DNA from: Histomonas meleagridis 2922-C6/04-290x
Taxonomy: Eukaryota; Protista; Parabasalia
Assembly (NCBI GenBank): GCA_020184695.1
Contig: JAANOX010000052.1
Coordinates: 1-64,000, forward strand
Length of the DNA: 64,000 nucleotides
Direction: 5' to 3'
A program made the position numbers and the translations under genes. Below the pieces are notes generated by a model. That model worked only from the letters and a program-made list of their open reading frames with translations, had not been told where the DNA came from and made no database searches. Position 1 is the stretch's first letter. Every line of letters starts with the position of its first letter. This document shows, in pieces, positions 1 through 9,509 of the stretch.

Positions 1-11
1 GTAAATCTAAT

Positions 12-710
12 ATGTTTGGATTTGGAGTTAAAGAAGAAACTTTAAATAAAATAGCTCAAATACTTCAACAACCTGGAGGTTTAGTAATTCCTTCACAACA
101 ATTAGATTATAATGCATTTGCTTTAGCTGCTACAGAATCTGGTATACAGTCTACTATTAATATGCCTTTATTTAATGTTACAACTATTACAGTTGTATTT
201 CCAAAACATGCTAATGATTATACTTGTTTTGATAATCCTATTTATAATAATGTACAATTAACTATTGCAGGACAAAATTATCCTGATGAACCAGTAAGTA
301 CTTTAGGTGCTAGATTTTTACAATATCAATTAGTTGCTTCTGATTTAGATGGTGGTATACAATGTACTAAAGAATTCGAAGATTCTTTAACTATGGATAG
401 GAATGCTTCAAATGGTACAAGATATAATAATACATTAAGTGATGCTACTTCATTTATGCTTAATATACAATGTGAACGTTCACGTGGTGGTTACGTATTT
501 GATGGTTTAGATTCTAATGGACAAAATATACCAATACAAATTATAGGTCAACCTATTTATACACAAGCTAATGATACATATTATAATGTTGATGATGCTG
601 GAAATCATCCACCACCACCACAATTATTCATTTGTCGTGATACTTATTTTACATTAGATTTACACAATGGTTTGAAATACCATGCTAATGGTACACCAGA
701 CGGTTATTAA
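12..710 (+). CDS. Probable Polinton/Maverick-type double jelly-roll major capsid protein, C-terminal part (ORF open to the window edge, 5' partial)
   Basis: The frame is open from base 3 (aaa tct aat atg). Beta-strand-rich Asn/Gly/Thr/Pro protein with VVFPK..ND..CF.NP, QLTIAGQNYP, TSF...ER..GG.VFDGLD and PPPPQLFICRD, recalled as resembling protist Polinton capsids. Recognition from memory, no search run. Confidence 0.55.
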   Translation: MFGFGVKEETLNKIAQILQQPGGLVIPSQQLDYNAFALAATESGIQSTINMPLFNVTTITVVFPKHANDYTCFDNPIYNNVQLTIAGQNYPDEPVSTLGARFLQYQLVASDLDGGIQCTKEFEDSLTMDRNASNGTRYNNTLSDATSFMLNIQCERSRGGYVFDGLDSNGQNIPIQIIGQPIYTQANDTYYNVDDAGNHPPPPQLFICRDTYFTLDLHNGLKYHANGTPDGY

Positions 711-728
711 ATAAACATTTATATTTAT

Positions 729-845
729 AAAATATTATCAAATTTTGACTAAAACCTCTGTGGCAAACTTATTTGATATAATTTAATCCTTAAAATATTA
801 TCAAAATTGACTTAAACATTTTTCACAGAATATTTTGATATAATG
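729..845 (+). repeat. Imperfect tandem duplication (~63-bp period) with inverted ends in each unit
   Basis: aaaatattatcaaattttgactaaaac...atttgatataat (729-782) and aaaatattatcaaaattgacttaaac...ttttgatataat (792-844). Confidence 0.75.
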
Positions 846-861
846 TTAGACAGTTATTTTT

Positions 862-871
862 TCACTTCATT
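862..871 (+). promoter_or_regulatory. Trichomonad initiator (Inr)-like elements
   Basis: TCACT and TCATT lie 7-16 nt upstream of ATG 878 and match the T. vaginalis Inr consensus TCA(T/C)(T/A). Confidence 0.5.
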
Positions 872-877
872 TTATAA

Positions 878-3268
878 ATGGAGACTGACTTCAAATCTAA
901 AACAGGGTACAAAGAACCCTCAAAAATTCAACCCGGTAAGGTTTCAAGAACAGAAACCAAAAATCAAACAAATGATCAAAAAACTTATTATGATTTAATT
1001 TTTTATTTAAATGAAGATAAAAATAATTTATATGATATTCATCTTTCTGATATTTTATTCGAAAAAGAAAAAACATTTATTTTTAAAAATTCTCATTATG
1101 AAAAAATTATAAATCAAGAAGAAAATAATAAATATTTCCCTTCCTTAAGACGACAATCAAATAGTACAAATTTCATATTACAATTCCAAATAGATATAAA
1201 TCAATTATTGAAAAAACATTATCAAATTTTATTTCATCAACAATTATTAATTAATTATGTAAAAAATTATTATCCCAATTATATTTATAATATTGTTAAT
1301 GGGATTGGGAAAGATTTTAGAATTGCTTTATTTATTGTTAATTATTTTGATGAATTATTAGATAAAGATAAAATATATTTGATTAATATTTTAATTGAAT
1401 GGAGTAGACATTACATTGATAAGAAAATAATATTTAACGATACTCCTTCTAAAAATGTATTTTTAACAGTATTGGATTGTTATTTATCTATAATATTTTT
1501 AGTTAATAAACAAATTTATTTCAATTCAGAAGATGAAAATCAATATGATTTATTAAACCCAATGGAAACACGTATCGGGATATTAAAACAAGATTATCCT
1601 GAAGTATATTTCAAAATAACAATAATCCCAAATCGTAAAATTATGAAAAATTATAATAAAAAAATATATAAAACAAATAAACATTTACAAATGTTTATAA
1701 ATATAAAAGAGCGAAAAAATAAAGAAAAAAATAATGAAATCAAAAAAGAGATTACAATATTCAAATATAATCTAATTAATTATAAGTATGTTAGAAGATA
1801 TGATAATGGAGATATAGAAGAAGGTATAACAAATATCGATTATGAACACAAAGATTTTATGCTCAAATTAAAAGAATCATTAGAAGATTCAAAATATATT
1901 GGTTATTTAACTGACCAAGAAATGTTAAAAGAACAATATTTACCTGATCAAAACAAATTAATAATACCTGAAAATGAAAGATTATTTATAGGTTTTAATA
2001 TTTATAAGAAAAATGAAGAAAAAGAGTATGATTATTTAGATTTTATTCAAAATAATAATAATAAAATTAATGGATTTCTTAATTTAAATTTCGCTGATGC
2101 CAAGAAAAATTATCCATTTTATATTTTTGATATATTTAATAATATAACATATGATTATAGATTGACTTTGTTTTATTTGAATTTTTACCTTAAAACTTTA
2201 AATGGGTATGATAAGAATTATTTAATTTCATTATTTCAAGATTGGTTTAATTATTACTTAGGGTATATGAAAGAAGAACCTTCAATTAAAATAATTCTAA
2301 ATTTTGATAAAAATAAACAAGATGATGAAGATATTCCTGATGAATTAAAAGAATTATATTATGATACAGATGCATTATTTGTTCATATTCTTAAAATTTT
2401 TTTATTTTTATATTATAAATGTACAATTGAAGCAGAACAAAAAATTGATTCTAAATTATTTAAAATTAATAAAGATTATTATTATGATCCAAATAAAAAT
2501 AAAATAATTATTAAACAACCTTCAGTAATGCCTAAAATAATTATTACTAGAAATAAATATACAAAGATTCAATATAATTTAAAATTTGTTTTATATAACA
2601 CGAATGATAAAAATTATTTTATTCAAAATTTATTAACAAATACTATTTATTCAAATTATTTAGAAATTATTCCAGAATTTAGTCCTCAATTATTAGAAGG
2701 CTATAATGAAAGATATTTTATGATTAATATTGAAAATTATGATATTCAAAGTTTATTTGAAATGAATAAAGAGTATTTGGAAAATGATAAAGAAATTAAT
2801 AAATGGCTACCAAAAAATATCCCAGAACATCTAAAATTAATATTTAATGGCATATCTATGTCATGGGAAAATGCCATATTCTTTATTAATTTCTTTAAAA
2901 ATTTAATTCAAGATGATAAAAATAAATTAATATTATTATATCAATATTGGGTCCAATTCTTTACAGAAGAATTAAATTCACCAGAAAAACTTAATAATCT
3001 ATATCATTCACATTCAAAATTCGATGTAACAACAGTATTTTATAGATTATTAAATATATTTTTAACTATTAGACATTTATTTGAATTACATCAAGGACCA
3101 GAAAAAAAATATTTTAATAAAATATTCCTAATTAATAATGAAGTTAAATTAACCTTTGGTAATAAACCAATTGATACTTGGGAAAATATCCCTAATTTAA
3201 TCGTAAGTTCTTCAATAGAAGATAATAAAGGAGGGGATAAATTAGAAGAGGAGGAAATAGATCTATAG
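878..3268 (+). CDS. Hypothetical 796-aa protein with three divergent internal repeats
   Basis: Long stop-free ORF in very AT-rich DNA. The repeated helical motif begins near 1262, 2102 and 2810. Confidence 0.8.
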   Translation: METDFKSKTGYKEPSKIQPGKVSRTETKNQTNDQKTYYDLIFYLNEDKNNLYDIHLSDILFEKEKTFIFKNSHYEKIINQEENNKYFPSLRRQSNSTNFILQFQIDINQLLKKHYQILFHQQLLINYVKNYYPNYIYNIVNGIGKDFRIALFIVNYFDELLDKDKIYLINILIEWSRHYIDKKIIFNDTPSKNVFLTVLDCYLSIIFLVNKQIYFNSEDENQYDLLNPMETRIGILKQDYPEVYFKITIIPNRKIMKNYNKKIYKTNKHLQMFINIKERKNKEKNNEIKKEITIFKYNLINYKYVRRYDNGDIEEGITNIDYEHKDFMLKLKESLEDSKYIGYLTDQEMLKEQYLPDQNKLIIPENERLFIGFNIYKKNEEKEYDYLDFIQNNNNKINGFLNLNFADAKKNYPFYIFDIFNNITYDYRLTLFYLNFYLKTLNGYDKNYLISLFQDWFNYYLGYMKEEPSIKIILNFDKNKQDDEDIPDELKELYYDTDALFVHILKIFLFLYYKCTIEAEQKIDSKLFKINKDYYYDPNKNKIIIKQPSVMPKIIITRNKYTKIQYNLKFVLYNTNDKNYFIQNLLTNTIYSNYLEIIPEFSPQLLEGYNERYFMINIENYDIQSLFEMNKEYLENDKEINKWLPKNIPEHLKLIFNGISMSWENAIFFINFFKNLIQDDKNKLILLYQYWVQFFTEELNSPEKLNNLYHSHSKFDVTTVFYRLLNIFLTIRHLFELHQGPEKKYFNKIFLINNEVKLTFGNKPIDTWENIPNLIVSSSIEDNKGGDKLEEEEIDL

Positions 3269-3558
3269 TTCGATGCGTAAATGAAATTGATTACAAGGAG
3301 ATACCTAAGCTCAAGCTGACTTGGAGTCCTTAATGTTCCTAAGAGGAGAGGCGCTAGTTCCCACCAATTTCCGAAGATCAATTTGTTTTGACCATTTTTG
3401 TCTTACTACATACTTTTTGATCATAAAATAATTAATGCACTTCAAAAATCAAAAACCAGAAAAGACAACGAATATCTTGTTAAACAACTTTCAGAATTTT
3501 TTACAAAAAAATTGAAAAACTATTAATTATTCAATAAATTTAGCAATTAAAAGATAAT

Positions 3559-3582
3559 TATATATATATATATATATATATA
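3559..3582. repeat. (TA)12 microsatellite
   Basis: Read directly from the sequence. Confidence 0.95.
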
Positions 3583-3665
3583 TTAAAATAGCAAACTTCA
3601 TAAAAAGCTTTTTTATCATCACATAAAAAATGTTGATATGTGTTTTAATTAACATAACATGAAGA

Positions 3666-5843
3666 TTATTCTAATGAATGATTTAACAAATGAACTATTT
3701 CAGTGTGATCAAAATTGGATGCCAAAGTAAGTGCTGTTTCACATAATTTAAATAATTTCCAAATATCATTTTTGAATTTTATTTGATTTGAACATATTTT
3801 AAATAAAATGTTTATATATTAATTATATTAATATCGATTCCTTTTTGATTAAGAAGTAATTTGACTATATCTTTTCTGTTATTTTTAGATGCATATATAA
3901 GAGCTGTCCAAAATTTTATAAATATTTTCCAAATATTATTTTTGTACATTGAATTATACTTAAAAACGTAAAAAATAAATAAAAAATATCTTTATCATTG
4001 ACAATAATTTCTTCTTGTTTTAGAAGTAATTTCACTATTTTAGTATATCCTTTTTTAGATGCTATCATTAGTGCTGTTTTATAAATTTAGAATAAATTTC
4101 AAGTATTCTTTCAAAACCTTAAATAAATTTGAAGAATATGAAATAAAGCAATTAAACAAAAGTTTTATAATTGATATCAATTCCCCTTTTTTCAAGAAGT
4201 AATTTCACTATTTCAGTATAACCTTTTGAAGAAGCGATAATAAGAGAAGTTTTATATAAATAGAATAAATTGTAAATAATATTATGAAACTTTAAATGCT
4301 TTAAAAAAAACATTAAATAAAACAAATAAAAATTATTCATATTAATATCGATTCCATTTTGATCTAAAAGTAATTTTACCATTTCAACGTGACCATTCAA
4401 AGTTGCATTTATAATAGCTGAACTATAAGTGTTAAAAAAATTCTAAATATTATTTTAAAATATACCAAAATTATAGAATCATTCATTAAATAAAACAAAG
4501 GAAACATCTCTAATATTAATGTCAATTCCTTTTTGCTCAAGAAGTAACTTAACTATTTTTATGTATCCATGTTCGGATGCAATTGTAAGTGGTGTTCTAA
4601 ATGTTTAAAGCAAATTCCAAATAACATTTTGATATATCAAATGATTACAATTGAAATATCTTCCATTGACATCAATTCCCTTTTGTTCTAAAATGTAATT
4701 AACAAGTTCAATATTTCCTGACTCTGTTGCAAAAACTAAAAAATAAGATGGAACTTGATAATTATCTTCTAAAAAATGTTTTATTAAGTATATATTTCCC
4801 ATTCGTGCTGCTTCGATAACAATGAAATTATCAATTGTCATTCCTTCTTTTATCAAATATTCAAAAATTTCAAAGTTATAATATGTTATACACATTCTTC
4901 CTGATAAATCTAATCTATAAATTTCTTCGAATTTATTTTCATAAACATATTTAAAGACATCGTTTCGATGAAACTCAATTGCTGTTTTATATGCACCTTC
5001 AAATGATGAATGATTCTGTTCACATAAATGAACGATTTCTTCATTTCCACCTGCAATTGCATATTTACCTGTGTTATTTACTTTTGCACCATTTATAAGT
5101 AAATATTTAAAACATTTAACTGATCCAAAAAATGCTGCATAATCAATTAATGTAACATTTTCTTTATTAATAAAAGAACATCTTTCATAAAGTGATGGTA
5201 TAATATATTGATTAAATTTAAAATCATTTTGTGATGATATTTCTTGAAGTTTTTCTATTTCATCATTTCGTATTATTTTCGCTAGTTTATTTGGGTTAAC
5301 ACCTTCTTTAATTAAATGTTTATGAAGCTCCCAATTATCTTTTGAAAGTTCATCATAATTTTCTTGGAGTTGTTCCATTAATCTGGGAGAAATATCAGAT
5401 ATTAAACATGTAATTTGTTTTTTTGTTATATGTGCATAATGTGCAAAATAAGGAATCATTTTACTTTTGAATATTTTTTCTTCGATTAATTCATTTTCAA
5501 TCATTTTTTCAACAAGGTAATATGATTCTTGACTATTAATATTTAATAAAAATTGGGTAAACATATCAATAACATTATTATTAGATTTTATTTCAATTTT
5601 TTGTAAAAATTCTAAACATAATTTTTCATCACCTTTGGAAATAAAATATGAATAAATAATTCTGCAAATGATATAAAAAAATGAATATGAATATTCGACA
5701 GAAAAGGAATTTAGTAAAGTTTCTACTGTTTGTTCTAGATTTTCTTCGTTTAAATCAAAAATAAATTGTTCAAGCTCTTGTAACACTTGAAGATTTTCCT
5801 TATATTTATTTTTTCTTGTGTGACTTTGAATTCCTCCCATCAA
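3666..5843 (-). CDS. DUF3447-type ankyrin repeat protein gene 2, C-terminal ankyrin array interrupted by six spacers
   Basis: ORF 5843-4605 has TLIDYAAFFGSVKCFKYLL / IAGGNEEIVHLCEQ / AIEFHRND. It is followed by six ankyrin units (e.g. TPLTIASEHGYIKIVKLLLEQKGIDINIR) separated by spacers of 63, 87, 84, 86, 83 and 83 nt. Final stop at 3666. Confidence 0.75.
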
Positions 5844-5859
5844 TTAATATAGCTTTAAT

Positions 5860-6142
5860 AATGGCGTTTCAAAAATTGGCTGGAAAAGTGACAAATCCTC
5901 TGGAGAAATTTTTGTTTTCAACTCTATGTAGGTTGTGATTTAATTCTTCTAACTATGCAAATGTTAGTTAAGACACAAGTTCTGCCGAACACAAAATTCT
6001 GAAATTATTGTTAAAATTTAACTAAACTTTGATACAAGCTTCATCAAATTAAAAATATTGACAAGAAGAAATAAACACTCAACAAGAAGAAATAAAACAA
6101 GAAAAAAGTCTTGATGAATGGCTTGATAAACTTCTTGGATAA
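5860..6142 (+). pseudogene. Possible degraded gene fragment
   Basis: Ends in a protein-like stretch QEEINTQQEEIKQEKSLDEWLDKLLG*. Upstream frames are broken. Confidence 0.25.
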
Positions 6143-6266
6143 AATATTTGTTGTTAATCATATTTATTTAATTATTCATGAATAAAATATTTCTTCATAA
6201 TTTTTTATTATTATTATTATTAAATAATAACAATATGCACATATAAATTTAAAACGTTATTTCAAT

Positions 6267-8230
6267 TTATTTATATGAATTTCCAGTATCACTATCAATT
6301 CCTTCTTGTTCAAGAAGTATTTTAACTATTTCTGTATAACCTTTTTGTGATGCCCAAGTAAGTGCTGTTTCAAATAATTTAAATAATTTCCAAATATTAC
6401 TTTGAAATATAAAATTATTAAAATAAATATTAAATAAAACAAATAAATATTTTTAGCATTAATATCAATTCCTTCTTGTTCAAGAAGTAATTTAACTATT
6501 TCTGTATGACCATATATAGATGCTTTAATAAGTGCTGTTCTAAATAATTTAAATAATTTCCAATTATTATTTGGAAATATAAAATTATTAAAATAAATAT
6601 TAAATAAAACAAATAAATATTTTTAGCATTAATATCAATTCCTTTATGTTCAAGAAGTAATTTAACTATTTCTACATTACCTTTTATAGATGCATAAATA
6701 ATTGCAGTACAAAATATTTTGTATAAATTTTGAATATTGATATAAAACATACCGAAATAATTGAAATAAATAGTAAACAATCGAAACAAATGTCTTTAAT
6801 ATTAATATCAATTCCTTTCTGTTCGAGAAGTAATTTAACTATTTCAATGTGATTATTTATACATGCACGAATAAGCGCTGTTTGAAATGATTTGAATAAT
6901 TTCCAAATATCACTTAGAAATATTAAATTGTCAAAGCAAACATTAAACAAAACAAACAAATATTTCGAGAATTAATAAAAATTCCTTTTTGTTTGAGAAG
7001 CAATTTGACTAATTCAATGCTACCTTTATCAGATGCATATATTAGTGGTGTATCAAATATTTTCAATGATTTCCAAATATTATTTTGAAATATCAAATCA
7101 ATATAAGAAATAATTTCAAATAAAATATTTAAATATTTTTTACATTTATATTAATTCCTTTTTGTTCTAGAAGTAATTTTACCATTTCTATTTCGCATTT
7201 TATGATTGCTGAAAAAAATATTGAGTGAAGTTACAAAAATAATCACCAAAAAATAGTATAAAATTGCAAATTATTAAAGTATATACCGATTAAAATATTT
7301 ATACATCTTTGGTATTGATCATTATTGCTTTTTGTTTAAGAAGTAATTTAACAATTTCAATGTTTCCATTTTGAAATGCATTCGCAAGTGCTGTCAAAAA
7401 TGATTTGAATAATTTCCAAAAAATTAATTAAAATACTAAATTTTAAAAATAAATACCATAAGATTGAACATTAAGATCAATTTCTTTTTGTTTAAGAAGT
7501 AATTTAACTATGTCTATATGGCCATTTTGAGATGCATAAATAAGCGCTGTTTTAAGTAATTGAAATTATTATTAAGAATTATTTGCAAATCCTAAATTAT
7601 AATATTAAATATAAAACAAAACAAATCAACAGTTTTAACATTGTAATTAATTCCTTTTTGTTCGAGAAGTAATTTAACTATTTCTGTATGACCATAAAAA
7701 GATCCAATCATAAGTGCAGTTCTAAATTACTTAAGTAATTTCCGTATATTATATTATAATATAAAAAGATTATAAAAAATATCATACAAAACAAATAAAT
7801 ATCTTTAGCATTAATATTGATTCCTTCTTGTTCAAGAAGTAACTTAACTGTTTCTATGTTTCCATTATGAGATGCATAAATAAGTGCTGTTTCAAATAAT
7901 TTAAACAATTTCCAAACACAATTTTGAAATTTCATAATATCAAACAAAATATTAAATCACATAAACAAAAACTTTTGGAATTAACATTTATTTCTTTTTG
8001 TTTAAGAAGTAATTTAACTATTTCTACGTGCCCATTATGAGATGCGTGCATGAGTGCTGTTTCAAATAATATAAATAATTTCCAAATATTATGTTATAAT
8101 TTCAAATTATTAAAAAAATTATCAAATAAAACAAATAAACATCTTTATAATTAACAGAAACTTCTTCCTGTTCAAGAATGTATTCAACAAGTTCATAATT
8201 TCCTGAAGCTGAAGCAATACATAATATATC
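6267..8230 (-). repeat. 170-bp-period array: 87-nt ankyrin unit + ~83-nt AT-rich spacer
   Basis: Unit starts at 8060, 7890, 7720, 7550, 7394, 7224, 7051, 6881, 6708, 6538 and 6368. Confidence 0.9.
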
Positions 8231-9323
8231 TTTAGGAATATGATTATTGAAGAAAATGCTTAACAAGATATAAGTTTCCATGTTTTGCTGATTCATTAAT
8301 AAAAGATTTATTGATTTCAATAACTTCTTCTTCCAAAAACCAAAGTATTTCATAATTTCCGCATTTGATACATTTATATACCAAATCATTAATGTTATCA
8401 TCCAATTTTTTAATTCTGTTTTCATAAATATATTTAAAAATATCATTTCGATGGAATTCAATTGCTGACTCATATGCACCTTCAAATGATGAATGATATT
8501 GTTCACATAAATAAATAATTTCTGCATTTCCACCTGCAATTGCAAATTTGGCTGTATTTACTACTTTTGCTCCATTCATAAGTAAATATTTAAAACATTT
8601 AACTGAAGAAAAAAATGCTGCATAATCAATTAATGTAACATTTTCTTCATTAATAAATGAACATCTTTCATAAAGTGATGGCTCAATTTTCTTGTTAAAA
8701 TCAAAATCATTTTGTGATGATATTTCTTGAAGTTTTTTAATGTTATCATTTCGAATTATACTTGAGATCTTATTTGGATTTACTCCATTTTCAATTAATT
8801 GTTTATGAAGTTCCCAATCATTCTTTGAAAGGTCATCATAATTTTCAGTAAAATATTGGGAAAATTGATCATTGATATTTTCTTTTTTTGTTTTGTAATG
8901 AGCAAAATAATATGACGGAATGTTTTCCGTAATATTTCCTTTAATTATATTTAGCTTAATCATTTTATCAATTAAATAATGTGATTCTTGTGAATTAATT
9001 TTAGAAACATAATTTATAAAAAATAAAATATTTTGGATATTACTTTTAGTGATTTCATTTTCTTTTGTTTGTATTGTTTCTAAATATTTTAAGTAAATTT
9101 CAATTATAGTTTTTCGTGAGCAAAAAGCAAAGTAAATTAAATTGTTTATTACATTATTGAATGAATATGGATATGAATCATATAATTTTATTGTTTGTTG
9201 GACTGCTAAATCAATATTTTCTTCGTCTAAATTAAATATTATTTTTTCTAATGTAACAAGTGTTTTTATATATACAGGTTGATATGTAAAATCATTTTTT
9301 GTTTTTCTTATAGCTTCATTCAT
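6267..9323 (-). CDS. DUF3447-type ankyrin repeat protein gene 1, ankyrin array interrupted by eleven spacers; small indel frameshift near 8250
   Basis: ORF 9323-8244 is paralogous to gene 2 and continues in another frame (NNHIPKDILCIASASG...). Eleven stop-free ankyrin units follow, ending TALTWASQKGYTEIVKILLEQEGIDSDTGNSYK* at 6267. Confidence 0.75.
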
Positions 9324-9509
9324 TAATGGAACAAAACCGTTAAAATTTCGATAGTTTATTTTATCATCAGCTCACTAAAATATTTCTTGTTAATTACATA
9401 ACAAAAATTCAACAAATAATATCAAAACATTTATAATAATTCGTAATCCATATTTTAAACAACAAATCATTTCACTATAATTTACATTTACATTTTTTTA
9501 TTTATTAAC

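Larger units (their letters stand above)
1..3400 (+). mobile_element. Candidate right-hand part of a Polinton/Maverick-like endogenous viral element
   Basis: Capsid-like ORF plus a co-oriented large orphan ORF, ending just before host ankyrin genes. No terminal inverted repeat can be verified because the other end is outside the window. Confidence 0.4.

Noticed and set aside
745-782. Bacterial sigma70 promoter TTGACT...TATAAT
   Set aside because: The spacing is 26 bp rather than ~17, and the host is eukaryotic.
3403-3414. tactacatact as a Polinton ACTACT terminus
   Set aside because: Imperfect, short, and unverifiable without the other end.
6369-8143. Spacers as canonical GT-AG introns using ttGTtt and acAGca
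   Set aside because: GT and AG are missing in many copies (aca cca, act gca, tca ata), the available pairs do not restore the frame or a 33-aa repeat, and there is no CTAAC branch.
3666-8230. CRISPR-like array (regular 170-bp period)
   Set aside because: The repeated part encodes ankyrin units, the spacers are homologous to each other, the context is eukaryotic, and there are no cas genes.
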